Source: Phycisphaeraceae bacterium
GTDB lineage: Bacteria > Planctomycetota > Phycisphaerae > Phycisphaerales > Phycisphaeraceae
Length of the DNA: 64,000 bases
Assembly (NCBI GenBank): GCA_963674705.1
Contig: OY771506.1
Span: 4,128,001 to 4,192,000, forward strand
Direction of reading: 5' to 3'
Both the position numbers and the translations under genes were made by a program. Below the pieces are notes generated by a model that was not told the DNA's origin, ran no database searches, and saw only the letters and a list, made by a program, of their open reading frames with translations. Every line of letters starts with the position of its first letter. The first letter of the stretch is position 1. Positions 9,712 to 19,143 of this stretch are shown here, piece after piece.

Positions 9712-11138
9712 GAACCTCGCCTTTCATAGTGCTATTCATGGCAGCGATGGTCGGCTGGCTTCCGGGTTGTGCGACCGGGCCGGTGGATGATCCGCTGGCG
9801 GTGATGGTCGACCGATCGCGCGATCCGTCTCAGCGTATCGCGGCGGCCGAGCAGCTTGGTGCGATCAATACCACGCACAACCCCAAGCAGGTCACCATAA
9901 CCCTGCACAACCTGCTTTGGTCCGATGGCGAACCGACCGAACTACGCCTGCTGGCAATGGACCGGCTCATCGAGGACGACGCTGACGCGTTCTGGACGGT
10001 AGCGCTGAACAGGATACGTGAAGTCGATAACTGGGAAGTGCTGAACCCGCTGATCGACCGCATGGTCGAGCAGGGCGATCCGGCATTCACGGTGACGCTG
10101 ATCCGCAGCTATGTGCGTGAATCACAAGTCCTCAGCGATTCGAATCGTCCGGAATACAAGGCGATTGCCGCGCTGAATCCGGGCAAAACAGTAGATCAGG
10201 CGATCTGGGAAGTGATCGACAGCGATGACAACGATATCGACCTGACGCTGCGCGTCGATGCCTGGACGCTGTACAACCGCCTTGCCGGCGAGGACCAGGC
10301 AAGACAGCAACTGATGCACGTAAGCAGCACGCACCCGCTGATCCTGAACCTCCAGGATGCGGCGTGGCTCGATCACATCCCCGCCAACCGCGAGGGCGTA
10401 CTCTGGCTGCTGGAACTGCGCAGCAGTCAGCACATGGACTTCTGGCAGGCTGCCAGACAGCGGGCGCAGCAACTTAACGCTGAGCAGCAAGACGGCCTGT
10501 CGCTGAGGCATCTGCCTGTGTTGATGGAAGCCAGCGACGAGCAACTCACCACGCAGCGATACCAGATGCTTGAGCGGATCAATGAGCGTGTGCCTGATCA
10601 GTCGTATCAGTTGACACAGTTCAAGCAACCGCCGCTGCATCTGCTGGGCGCAACGCCGTTGATGTTCAAGAACGCAACGCAGCAGATCGATTACCTGGGC
10701 AAACTCAGTTGGGCCGACATGCTCGCACTGGAGTTCATCCTGGATGCGCTGGAAGACAAGGCGTTTGTCCAGGAGGTCTTCCGCCAGGCTGACGCAGACA
10801 TGGCCGACACCGAAACCGAGCACGGCGGCGTCATGATCTATCGCGACGGCAAGCTGCACCCGATCATCTTCCCGCCGGACCTGAAGATACACGACCGCAA
10901 GTTCTACTCATCCGATGCGCTGATCCAACGCATGTACACGAGCTTCTTCCATTACCACTATCACGTACAGGAATACCGCAACACGCAGTACGCGATCCCC
11001 GGCGACGGCGACATGGCGTTTGCTCAGCGTGTCGGGCCTTCCGCATTGGTGTTCACCTTCATTAACCGTAACACGATCGATGTCGATTACTACCAGCCCG
11101 ACGGCCTGATCGTCGACCTCGGCAACATCCGGCGGTAA
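9708..11138 (+). CDS. putative lipoprotein with helical N-region and C-terminal JAB/MPN-like motif
   Basis: lipobox LPGC; EHGG...HYH...PGDGD; ATGA overlap with sppA. Confidence 0.65.
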   Translation: MRTSPFIVLFMAAMVGWLPGCATGPVDDPLAVMVDRSRDPSQRIAAAEQLGAINTTHNPKQVTITLHNLLWSDGEPTELRLLAMDRLIEDDADAFWTVALNRIREVDNWEVLNPLIDRMVEQGDPAFTVTLIRSYVRESQVLSDSNRPEYKAIAALNPGKTVDQAIWEVIDSDDNDIDLTLRVDAWTLYNRLAGEDQARQQLMHVSSTHPLILNLQDAAWLDHIPANREGVLWLLELRSSQHMDFWQAARQRAQQLNAEQQDGLSLRHLPVLMEASDEQLTTQRYQMLERINERVPDQSYQLTQFKQPPLHLLGATPLMFKNATQQIDYLGKLSWADMLALEFILDALEDKAFVQEVFRQADADMADTETEHGGVMIYRDGKLHPIIFPPDLKIHDRKFYSSDALIQRMYTSFFHYHYHVQEYRNTQYAIPGDGDMAFAQRVGPSALVFTFINRNTIDVDYYQPDGLIVDLGNIRR

Positions 11139-11147
11139 TACGAATAA

Positions 11148-11981
11148 TCAATCAGTATTACAGTGTTTGACCGCAAAGTTACAGACCGCGTCGAACATCT
11201 GCTGGGTTTCCGCCGGCGGCGTCTGATCCATCGGCAGTGGATTCGGACAGTTGAAGGTGTGGCCGGCGCCTTTGATGATGAGCAACTCGGCGTTCGGTTG
11301 AGCGGCGTGAAGTTCGCGAGCTTCGTCTAAAGGGACGGTCGGATCGTCGCTGCCGTGGATCAGAAGCAGGGGTTTTTTGATCGCCGCGGCGGCCCGGCAG
11401 GGGTCGTGCCAGAGCGGATCGGCGTCTATCTCATCTTGCCAGATTTTGCCAATGTAGAGTGTCTGTCCCGTGCGCGCAGACATGGTCGGTGCGCGCGATG
11501 TGCGCATGAGTTGGTCCTTTTCTGTCCCAGAAATGCGACTACATGCGCTGGGCGCCGCGGCGGTTACCACGGCCGCCAACTGATCCTGAATCTCAGCTTC
11601 GCGCCCCGTTAAAAGTGTTGTGATCCCGCCGCGACTATGCCCGAACAACACCATTGGCAAACCGATTTGTTTCTTCGATTCGATCACCGTCCGCAGGTCC
11701 GCCGACTGTTTACGCCAAGTGTCCAACTCGAAAAGGTCGGGCCGTTCGAAGGTGTCGATGTTGTTGGTCATGCCGGAGTGGGAGAAGTTGAAGCGATGCG
11801 CGATAAGACCGACAGTTGAAGCCGCCTCCGCCAGAGCGGGGAAGAATCCGTAGTCTTTGTAACCCTTGAATCCGTGGCTGATGATGAGGATGCCGATTGG
11901 ATCAATGTCCGGCATGTGCGTGTTACCGAGGATTGTTTCGTTGTTTGATCCGGGAATAGACCAGCTTGTTATCTTGGACAT
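11148..11981 (-). CDS. alpha/beta hydrolase
   Basis: HGFKGYKD, GHSRGG nucleophile, HGSDDPTV, GAGHTF. Confidence 0.9.
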   Translation of the reverse strand: MSKITSWSIPGSNNETILGNTHMPDIDPIGILIISHGFKGYKDYGFFPALAEAASTVGLIAHRFNFSHSGMTNNIDTFERPDLFELDTWRKQSADLRTVIESKKQIGLPMVLFGHSRGGITTLLTGREAEIQDQLAAVVTAAAPSACSRISGTEKDQLMRTSRAPTMSARTGQTLYIGKIWQDEIDADPLWHDPCRAAAAIKKPLLLIHGSDDPTVPLDEARELHAAQPNAELLIIKGAGHTFNCPNPLPMDQTPPAETQQMFDAVCNFAVKHCNTD

Positions 11982-11990
11982 GACTTCTCC

Positions 11991-12518
11991 TTACGTGGCG
12001 GACTTTATCGTAAGTGTATCCCAATCTTCGGTGGTTATGGCGTAGCGCTCGTGGTCGCGCCATTGGTTGTCGATGAAGAGGTAACGCGGCGAGTAACCTT
12101 CGTGGCGGAAACCCAGTGACTGCACGAGTTTAATTGAGGGGCGATTGTCCGGCTGGATGTTGGCTTCGAGTCGGTGCAGGTCGTGCGTGTCGAAGGCTTG
12201 GGTGATGACTAGCGACATCGCTTGTTTCATCAGGCCTTTACCGACGAAGGGGACGAAGCCGTAATGGCCTAGGAATGCGGAGCAGAATCGTCCGCGGACA
12301 ATCTCGTTGATATTGATGCAGCCGACGAGTTGATCTTCATCGCCGACGGCCAGGTAGCTGATGTTGTTTTCGCTTTGATATTTTTCGATGTATGCGACAA
12401 ACTCGTCGTGAGTCTGCGGCGCGGATATCCAGGGATGTAGAACGTCCTGGCTGCGTTTTACCGCTTCGATGAAAGGCATTTCGTCTTCGGGTTGTGGGGG
12501 GCGTATGGTGATCGACAT
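11991..12518 (-). CDS. GNAT N-acetyltransferase, RimJ/RimL type
   Basis: GKGLM, LHRLEANIQPDN..S..L...LGF..EG, WRDHERYA. Confidence 0.92.
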   Translation of the reverse strand: MSITIRPPQPEDEMPFIEAVKRSQDVLHPWISAPQTHDEFVAYIEKYQSENNISYLAVGDEDQLVGCININEIVRGRFCSAFLGHYGFVPFVGKGLMKQAMSLVITQAFDTHDLHRLEANIQPDNRPSIKLVQSLGFRHEGYSPRYLFIDNQWRDHERYAITTEDWDTLTIKSAT

Positions 12519-12525
12519 CGGTAAA

Positions 12526-13758
12526 TCAGGGCGCGTTGTCGTAGCCGGTCCATTGCTGGTAGTAGGGCGTCACGTCCTCGCCGGCGGCCAGTGACATGTA
12601 CTTCATGAGTTCGGCTTTGGTCATATGGCGGCCGGGGGTGAAGTCGAGTTTGCCTTCTTTTCCCGCATCATAACAGAGGTGGAAGAACTTCTTGAAGAGG
12701 TCCGGGCCGAACTTCATGCGCAGCGCGTACTGGATGTCGTCGACACTTTCGAACTTGTTGTTCGGGTTTTCGAGCACGGCTCGGCCGCGCTCGACGCACT
12801 GTCGGTAGTACGGGTTATCCATCGGCTTTTCGTGTTGCGGGAAGAGCGTCGGGGCCCAGTCGAATGTCGTGAGCATCCGGATGGACGACTCATCGAACCA
12901 CCACGGGAAGTGGGCCTCGTAGAAAAGGTGTGTCATTTCATGACACCAGTTGCCTTGCTCGGTGGGCATGATCTCGGCGCGGAAGAAGACGCCCCATTGG
13001 TTCTGGTAGGACGTCGCGCCGGGATTATCCCAGCGGGCTTCTTCGATCAGGTGGATCAAGATCGGTGTTTTCGGGGCCCATCCCATGTACTGTTTGTAGT
13101 GTTCGTAGATACGGCCGAAGTGTTTGAAGAGTTTGTCGGGCGGCATGTTCAGCTTCACGCCGGGCGTTGCACGGATCTCGAACCTTTGGTTTTCAGACCG
13201 TGCCAGTGCGGTGCTCTGCATGGCGGGGGGTAGGATGCCGCCTTGGTCAGGCATAACGAAGAAGCAGTCGATGTTGGTCGTGCTGTGTTCGGCGGGGCTT
13301 TGCAGCGTGAATGTATGTTCACCTTTATCCAGTTTGGGCAGATCGATGAAGATCGTTTTGAAGAGGTCCCACCAGCCGGTGTCGGGGACGTGGACTTCGA
13401 CGGGATCATTATTGTCAACGGTGAGTGTCAGTGCGCGTGGTGATTCTTTGATATTCGCGTAGTGCAGATAGTCGCCTTCGGCAAATGAATAACGGATGCC
13501 GAGTCGTGGAGAAGTCATGGTCTGCTCGATGGTAACATTAAATTGGATTCTGTCGCCCACGGCGCGGCCCCAGAAAGCCGGCGTGATCGCACCATTGCTG
13601 GCCCAGATGGTCGGATGAGCTTGCGAACCGGCGGCGCACTGGATCGCGGACTGTTCGGCTTCGATGACCTGGATCGGTATCGCCTGCTGCGCGGACACGG
13701 ATCGAATCAGCGAGAAGACGATAGTCAGACTGATTAAAAAAAGCCGTGCAAGTCTCAT
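12526..13758 (-). CDS. secreted protein: carbohydrate-binding-like beta-sandwich plus HExxH metallopeptidase-like domain
   Basis: signal peptide after GGAGGT RBS; IEAE...PDTGWW...NID (CBM6/35-like); HEMTH..PWWFDE. Confidence 0.65.
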   Translation of the reverse strand: MRLARLFLISLTIVFSLIRSVSAQQAIPIQVIEAEQSAIQCAAGSQAHPTIWASNGAITPAFWGRAVGDRIQFNVTIEQTMTSPRLGIRYSFAEGDYLHYANIKESPRALTLTVDNNDPVEVHVPDTGWWDLFKTIFIDLPKLDKGEHTFTLQSPAEHSTTNIDCFFVMPDQGGILPPAMQSTALARSENQRFEIRATPGVKLNMPPDKLFKHFGRIYEHYKQYMGWAPKTPILIHLIEEARWDNPGATSYQNQWGVFFRAEIMPTEQGNWCHEMTHLFYEAHFPWWFDESSIRMLTTFDWAPTLFPQHEKPMDNPYYRQCVERGRAVLENPNNKFESVDDIQYALRMKFGPDLFKKFFHLCYDAGKEGKLDFTPGRHMTKAELMKYMSLAAGEDVTPYYQQWTGYDNAP

Positions 13759-13873
13759 ATCTACCTCCGAATCTGGTGAATGATGTATGCGTGGCATCAG
13801 ACGTGCATCATGATAGACGGTTCCCCGGAGGGTGGTGGTTAGGCGCGAAAACAGAAGATGAGTAATAAAGAAA

Positions 13874-13910
13874 CCCGGCCAAACCCCTCGGGTATGACCG
13901 GGCTTTGGGT
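13874..13910. repeat. REP-like/terminator hairpin CCCGGCCAAA..TATGACCGGGCTTTGGGT
   Basis: near-identical sequence at 16881-16943, where the 3' half is duplicated. Confidence 0.65.
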
Positions 13911-13934
13911 TGTTGAATCTTGGATTGTGGATAG

Positions 13935-14963
13935 TTAGCCGATGCGTTCAATGACGGCGTCGGCGAACTGGTCGGTGCCGAGGGTGCCGCCGAGGTCGCG
14001 GGTTTTTTGTTGGTCTTCGAGTGCCTTGTCATAGGCGGCTTTGATAGCTTCGGCGGACTGTTTGCAGGCGTCGTCCTTCTTGGTCTCGGCGAGGTGATTG
14101 AGCATCATCACGGCGGACATGAGCAGGGCGAGCGGGTTGGCGATGTTTTGGCCGGCGATGTCCGGGGCGCTGCCGTGGACGGCTTCGAAGACGGCATCTT
14201 CATCACCGATGTTGGAGCCGGGCACGACACCGAGGCCGCCGACGAGGCCTGCGGCGAGGTCGGAGACGACGTCGCCGTAGAAGTTTTCCATGAGCAGGAT
14301 GTCGAACTGTGTCGGGTCTTGGACGAGTTTCATGCAGCCGGCGTCAATGATGCGTGCGTCGTAGGGGATGTTCGGGAATTCCTCATCGTGGACCTTCTGC
14401 ACGCAGTCGAGGAACAGGCCGTCGGACATCTTCATGATGTTGGCCTTATGGAAGACGGTGATCTTCTCGCGGCCGCGGCGTTTGGCGTAGACAAAGGCGC
14501 GGCGGGCGATGCGTTCACAGGCTTTGGTCGTAGCAACCTTGAGGCTGGTGACAACGCCGGGGGTGATCATGTTTTCGACGCCGGAGTAGAGGCCCTCGGT
14601 GTTCTCGCGGAAGATGACGAGGTCGACATCTTCGAAGCGTGTGGGCACGCCGGGGAGGCTGCGTACGGGGCGGATGGCGGCGAAGAGGTCCAGGCGTTTG
14701 CGTAGCTGGACGTTGACGGAGGTAAAGCCTTTGCCGACGGGCGTGGTGCATGGGCCCTTCAGCGCGACGTGATGCTCGCGGATAGCGTCGATCGTCGATT
14801 GGGGCAAAACTTCGTTGCCATCTTCGAGGGCGATGAGGCCCGCGTGGTGTTCGTGGAAGCGGACGGGGGCTTTGGCGGCCTCGAGGACCTTCTGCACAGC
14901 GGCGGAGACTTCGAGCCCGATACCGTCACCGGGGATCAATACGGCGTCGTGAATAGTTGGCAT
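13935..14963 (-). CDS. isocitrate/isopropylmalate dehydrogenase family, NAD-IDH-like
   Basis: PGDGIG.EV, SVNVQLRK, RENTEGLY, HKANIMK, NFYGDVVSD, FEAVHGSAPDIAG. Confidence 0.93.
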   Translation of the reverse strand: MPTIHDAVLIPGDGIGLEVSAAVQKVLEAAKAPVRFHEHHAGLIALEDGNEVLPQSTIDAIREHHVALKGPCTTPVGKGFTSVNVQLRKRLDLFAAIRPVRSLPGVPTRFEDVDLVIFRENTEGLYSGVENMITPGVVTSLKVATTKACERIARRAFVYAKRRGREKITVFHKANIMKMSDGLFLDCVQKVHDEEFPNIPYDARIIDAGCMKLVQDPTQFDILLMENFYGDVVSDLAAGLVGGLGVVPGSNIGDEDAVFEAVHGSAPDIAGQNIANPLALLMSAVMMLNHLAETKKDDACKQSAEAIKAAYDKALEDQQKTRDLGGTLGTDQFADAVIERIG

Positions 14964-15030
14964 GGGGGGAGTATAAATAGTAAAGGCACGAATTACGAAT
15001 GCACGAATGACGAAAAGCGCGTATCAAATA

Positions 15031-15054
15031 ACCGCGTGCTGAAGCACGCTCGCC
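15031..15054. repeat. 24-bp REP-like palindrome ACCGCGTGCTGAAGCACGCTCGCC
   Basis: identical copy at 16816-16839. Confidence 0.75.
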
Positions 15055-15091
15055 ATAGGGATTTTAAAGATGTTGGGGTACGTCTGATGAG

Positions 15092-16135
15092 TTAGACGCT
15101 TTGGGCGGCTTGTTGGCCGGCGGCGCGTTCGCGTAGGCCGTCCATGTAGTCGCGGGCTTCCTGGGCCATGCGGGTGTTGGGGAACTCGCGGATGATCTGT
15201 TCGCCGACGCGGATGGCCTTGACCCATTCCTTGTCCTGGACAGCCATTTTGTACTGGACGCCGAGGTTATCGCGTTTCTTGCCGATCACGCCGCGGGCGA
15301 TTTCACGGAAGGGTTCGGCCTCACGCTCGGAGAGGTAGCCGTCCAGTTGCTTGAGCAGTTCGATCGCGCCTTCGACGTCGTCCTTCTGAGCGGCGGCGAG
15401 GAAGTCGCGTTCGAGTTGATGCTTGTAATCTTCCTGAGCCTGGGCGACGACCTTGTCCAGTTCCTGGACGCGCGTATTATCAGGATAAATCCGTTTGATT
15501 TTCAGAGCGTCGGTCATCGCCTGCTTGTAGTCGTGTGCGGCGATGATCTGATCGAGGCGCTGCAGCAGGACGGTGATACGGGCGTCGATTTCGCTGCTGC
15601 GTGCGGTAGCGATCTGTTCGCGGAATTCCTCGGCCTCTTCGCGGTAGCCGAAGGTCTGACTCATTTCCTGGACCAGCACGAGCGCGGCGTCGAAGTCCTT
15701 CTTCTGGATGTCTTCACGGATCGCTTCGCGCAGGGCGTTGACGTCTTCATTGCGGTAGGCGATGCGCTTGGCGGTATCGCTGAGCAGCATGCGGTCGGCG
15801 ATGATCTGGAGTTGAGCCATCAACTCACCCTGGTCGCCGGATTCAACGCGTGCTGGTACGCCACGGCTCGCCCGGCCGTAGACGCCGCAACGGACGCCGC
15901 CGGCGATGAGGCAGTAGACGCTGGCCATACCGAGAATCACGCTGCACAGGTAGGCGATGTAGGAGATGACCAACTCCGCGGCCGGCTGCTCGAAGGTAAC
16001 TTGCGTAAGCGCGACGCTGGCGGCAAGTGCAACGACGGCAGAAGCGACCATCAACAACGCGGCGGCGGCGAACATGCCGTCGGGTGTTGCGAAGAATGAC
16101 GGGCTCTTGCTGCTGGCTTGTTCTTCCTGGCTCAT
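15092..16135 (-). CDS. hypothetical protein, two N-terminal TM helices and a helical-repeat body
   Basis: long ORF with host-like codon usage. Confidence 0.75.
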   Translation of the reverse strand: MSQEEQASSKSPSFFATPDGMFAAAALLMVASAVVALAASVALTQVTFEQPAAELVISYIAYLCSVILGMASVYCLIAGGVRCGVYGRASRGVPARVESGDQGELMAQLQIIADRMLLSDTAKRIAYRNEDVNALREAIREDIQKKDFDAALVLVQEMSQTFGYREEAEEFREQIATARSSEIDARITVLLQRLDQIIAAHDYKQAMTDALKIKRIYPDNTRVQELDKVVAQAQEDYKHQLERDFLAAAQKDDVEGAIELLKQLDGYLSEREAEPFREIARGVIGKKRDNLGVQYKMAVQDKEWVKAIRVGEQIIREFPNTRMAQEARDYMDGLRERAAGQQAAQSV

Positions 16136-16215
16136 GGTTCGGTCCTCATCGGTGTACGTGCTGCAACCGTCTATGGCTAAGGTTTGACGAAGTCCCGCTC
16201 ATGGTGATGCGAAGC

Positions 16216-16605
16216 TCAAAACGATCCCGGCGTGGGGGAGACGGTCCCGCCGCAATCAAACTCGGTGGGGACGAAGCACATGAATTTGAGCACGTCGTCG
16301 CCGGTGTTGCGGAACTGGTGTGTCTGGTTTGCCGGGATGAAAAGCACATCACCCGCTTTGGCGGGTGCGTCGTTGCCCTGATCGTTGTCCTTGCCAACCA
16401 TGGCCTGGCCCTGGAGGATCATGACCTCGTGCTCGTAGTTGTGGCTATGACGGGGGGTGCATCCGCCGGGTTGTACCTCGAAGAGGCGCATGGCGAAGTT
16501 GGGTGCACCATCATCGCGGCCAACCATCAGCCGCATCGTGACACCTTCGGCACCGGGCATATCCATCACGCGAGCATCTACGTCCTGTGGCTTACGAATC
16601 AACAT
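16216..16605 (-). CDS. cupin domain protein
   Basis: PGG.TPRHSHNYEHE, GDVLFIPAN..HQF. Confidence 0.9.
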   Translation of the reverse strand: MLIRKPQDVDARVMDMPGAEGVTMRLMVGRDDGAPNFAMRLFEVQPGGCTPRHSHNYEHEVMILQGQAMVGKDNDQGNDAPAKAGDVLFIPANQTHQFRNTGDDVLKFMCFVPTEFDCGGTVSPTPGSF

Positions 16606-16951
16606 GTGTGGGTCCTTCCAGAGGGCAGTCCCTGATCAGTACAAGGTATTGTAATCTTTGGGTCGGTTAAAAGCGACGCGCGGAACAGTCAAATCATGTC
16701 AGGCAAGAGGTTTGGGCCTAAAAGCAGGCGGATGTGGGGGGTGTAGCGGTGGTAGGGGTTGTGGGGACGGGGGGAGGATGAGCGGGGGACGGGGGAGGAT
16801 GTTGGATAAGTTTGGACCGCGTGCTGAAGCACGCTCGCCGGGAGGGGGGAGTGAGTAAGGGGGAGCAGTGGGAAGGCGACCCCGGCCAAAGCCCTGCGGG
16901 CTATGACCGGGCTTTGGGTGCGGGCTATGACCGGGCTTTTTTTGGTGGGGA

Positions 16952-17659
16952 TTATTTGCGGAAGAGGATGTGCATCTGGATGGTGAGGTTGCAGGCTTTG
17001 CAGCGGGTTTTGCCGGTGATTTTCTTTTTATCCCATTGGAGTGGGCCGTCGTTGAGCATGGCGGCGGCGGCGTGGACGCAGAAGCCTTCTGGGGTGGTTG
17101 GGCCGAAGGTGTATTCGTTGTTGGTGGAACAGCCTGCGAGGCATTTGCGGTTGGGGCCGGAGAGTTTGGCGGTCCAGCAGGGGGTTGAGGGGGAGGTTTG
17201 AGGCTTGAGGGGTGAGGCTTGAGGGGGGGAGCTTTGGGGGGTCTCGGTGGTGACGTCGGATTTGTGGTCCATGGCGAGGTTGGCCAGTTCGTCGGCGCGT
17301 TGGTTTTTGTCGCGGTAGACGTGTTGGATCTTCCAGTCGGTGAAGTCGGCGAGCAGTATTTTGGCTTGCTCGTAGAGGGGTTTGAGGTCGGGGGATTTGA
17401 CGCGATATTGGCCGGTGATCTGGCGGACGAGTAGTTCGGAGTCGCTGTGGATGTCGAGTTTTTCGCCGCCGAGGGTTTTGGCTTGTTCGAGCGAGCGGAT
17501 GAGGCCTTGATATTCGGCAACGTTGTTGGTGCACTTGCCTAAGAAGTGGCCGGCTTCGTAGAGGGTTTTGTCGGTGTCAGCATTGCGGATGACGATGCCG
17601 GCGGAGGCGGGGCCTGGGTTGCCGCGTGAGCCGCCGTCGAAGTGGATGATGAGGTTCAC
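16952..17659 (-). CDS. rnhA: ribonuclease HI with Cys-rich C-terminal extension
   Basis: FDGGSRGNPGPA, TNNVAEY, SDSEL, HVYRDKN..ADELAN. Confidence 0.9.
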   Translation of the reverse strand: MNLIIHFDGGSRGNPGPASAGIVIRNADTDKTLYEAGHFLGKCTNNVAEYQGLIRSLEQAKTLGGEKLDIHSDSELLVRQITGQYRVKSPDLKPLYEQAKILLADFTDWKIQHVYRDKNQRADELANLAMDHKSDVTTETPQSSPPQASPLKPQTSPSTPCWTAKLSGPNRKCLAGCSTNNEYTFGPTTPEGFCVHAAAAMLNDGPLQWDKKKITGKTRCKACNLTIQMHILFRK

Positions 17660-17796
17660 GGTTGAGTGGTCCCGGAGGTTGGTATCTGGGTGGACTTGTT
17701 GTTATTAGAAACGCAAGGAATCCGGCCCTCATCCTAGCCATTTCCGGGGGGACTCCCGAGGGGAAAAGGGACCGGAAAGAGGCTTACAACCGGGAT

Positions 17797-18549
17797 TTAC
17801 TTCGCGCCGATCTCTGCTTTGAGTTCCTGCTTGATGAAGAGGAAGCGGTTGCAGCTTGGGCAGGTGACCAGCTCATCGGGCTTCATCATCAAGGCGTTGA
17901 CGCGCTCGATAGGCAGTTCCATGTAGCAGCCGCCGCAGGTGTATTCGCGTCGACGGCGGTCCTGTTCTTCGATCTCGCCCATGGCTTCGCCGTCGTAGTG
18001 ATCGGCGAGGCGTTCAAAGACGGAGATGATGTCGGCGGGGAGTTCGGCGGCGGCGGCGTTACGCTTGGCGGTGGCGTCGGCCAGTGATTCACCGACCTCT
18101 TCCTTGGCGCTTTGGACTTCGGCCTCGGCGGACTTCACGAGCTTGGACTGGTTCTCGACCTGCGCCTGCACTTCCGCGACACGCTGTTTGAGATCGTCGA
18201 CCGCGGACATTTTTTCCAGGGCCTTATCTTCCAGCTTCGATTGCTCGACCTTGAGGGAATTCACCTCGACGAGCATGGCGGAGTATTCCTTGTTGCTCCG
18301 CACACTGTTCATCTGTTCCCGGAGCTTGTTTACACGCCCATTGGCATCGCCGGCCTGGTGTTCGAGGCTGGAGACCTCGGCCATGGCGTGCTTATGCTGA
18401 TCGCTCAGTTCGTTGTGTTGTTGGGTGAGTTGGTCGAGCTTGGTGCTCTGCAGCTTCAGCCGACGCGTCGCCGCGTCCAGCCGGGTTCGCAAGCCACGTA
18501 CCTGTTGGTCAAGCAGGTAAAAGTCGTACAGCTTCTCTTGTAGCGACAA
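17797..18549 (-). CDS. coiled-coil C4 zinc-ribbon protein (DUF164-like)
   Basis: long coiled coil with SNKEYSA; CGGC...CPSC; typical neighbour of RNase HI. Confidence 0.88.
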   Translation of the reverse strand: MSLQEKLYDFYLLDQQVRGLRTRLDAATRRLKLQSTKLDQLTQQHNELSDQHKHAMAEVSSLEHQAGDANGRVNKLREQMNSVRSNKEYSAMLVEVNSLKVEQSKLEDKALEKMSAVDDLKQRVAEVQAQVENQSKLVKSAEAEVQSAKEEVGESLADATAKRNAAAAELPADIISVFERLADHYDGEAMGEIEEQDRRRREYTCGGCYMELPIERVNALMMKPDELVTCPSCNRFLFIKQELKAEIGAK

Positions 18550-18629
18550 TTCGCATCTCCATGAATATTCTCCGAAGAGGTCAATGATAACAAATGATTG
18601 TGCGATGGGGAATTCGGGGTGGAGGGAAG

Positions 18630-18755
18630 GAAAAGCAGAAAAGCAGGAAATTGGGAAAGCAGGAAATTAAGGCAGGGGGCAACGCCGGTCCTGAGCGAAG
18701 CGAAGGGACGGGTTGATTGATGAATCGTTAATCGCTGATCGTTAATGGCTAATTG
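18630..18755. repeat. mixed short repeats: GAAAAGCA-type units, REP-like GTCCTGAGCGAAGCGAAGGGAC, and AATCGTT-type heptamers
   Basis: visible periodic units in the intergenic region upstream of tRNA-Ala. Confidence 0.55.
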
Positions 18756-18859
18756 GTTGTTGCGGCGGGTTTTGGGGAGGCTGTGAGTAGGGAATCGGGT
18801 GTGATTTTGTGGAGATTGGGGTCGGCGTGCCGATGTATGGGGGGTGGCTTGTGGGCCGC

Positions 18860-18888
18860 TTGCCGTAGACGTTTGTGGGGTTTATACT
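18860..18888 (+). promoter_or_regulatory. sigma70-type promoter for tRNA-Ala
   Basis: TTGCCG-17 bp-TATACT. Confidence 0.65.
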
Positions 18889-18911
18889 TCCGGGCTCGGG
18901 GCAGACAATTT

Positions 18912-18984
18912 GGGGCTGTAGCTCAGTTGGGAGAGCGCTTGTATGGCATACAAGAGGTCAGGAGTTCGAGCCTCCTCAGCTCCA
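18912..18984 (+). tRNA. tRNA-Ala(GGC), CCA not encoded
   Basis: GGGGCTG/CAGCTCC acceptor with G3:U70; anticodon arm CTTGT-ATGGCAT-ACAAG; GTTCGAG T-loop. Confidence 0.96.
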
Positions 18985-19050
18985 CTTGGATAGGTCACTG
19001 GATCCGAGCCGTTAAAGGCTTGGCGGGGGATCGGGGGCCGAAACGAACGC

Positions 19051-19080
19051 TAAACGGCTCTTTATGGGCCGTTTTTTTAT
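19051..19080 (+). terminator. intrinsic terminator after tRNA-Ala
   Basis: AAACGGCTC-TTTAT-GGGCCGTTT followed by T-run. Confidence 0.75.
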
Positions 19081-19143
19081 TTGCTTTAACCACATATCCC
19101 TTATACAGCCGTAGCCCCAAATCGATGAAAAGGCTCTCAGTTT

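Noticed and set aside
16699..17520. 273-aa Pro/Ser/Thr-rich ORF
   Set aside because: Alternative frame of rnhA running through skewed low-complexity DNA.
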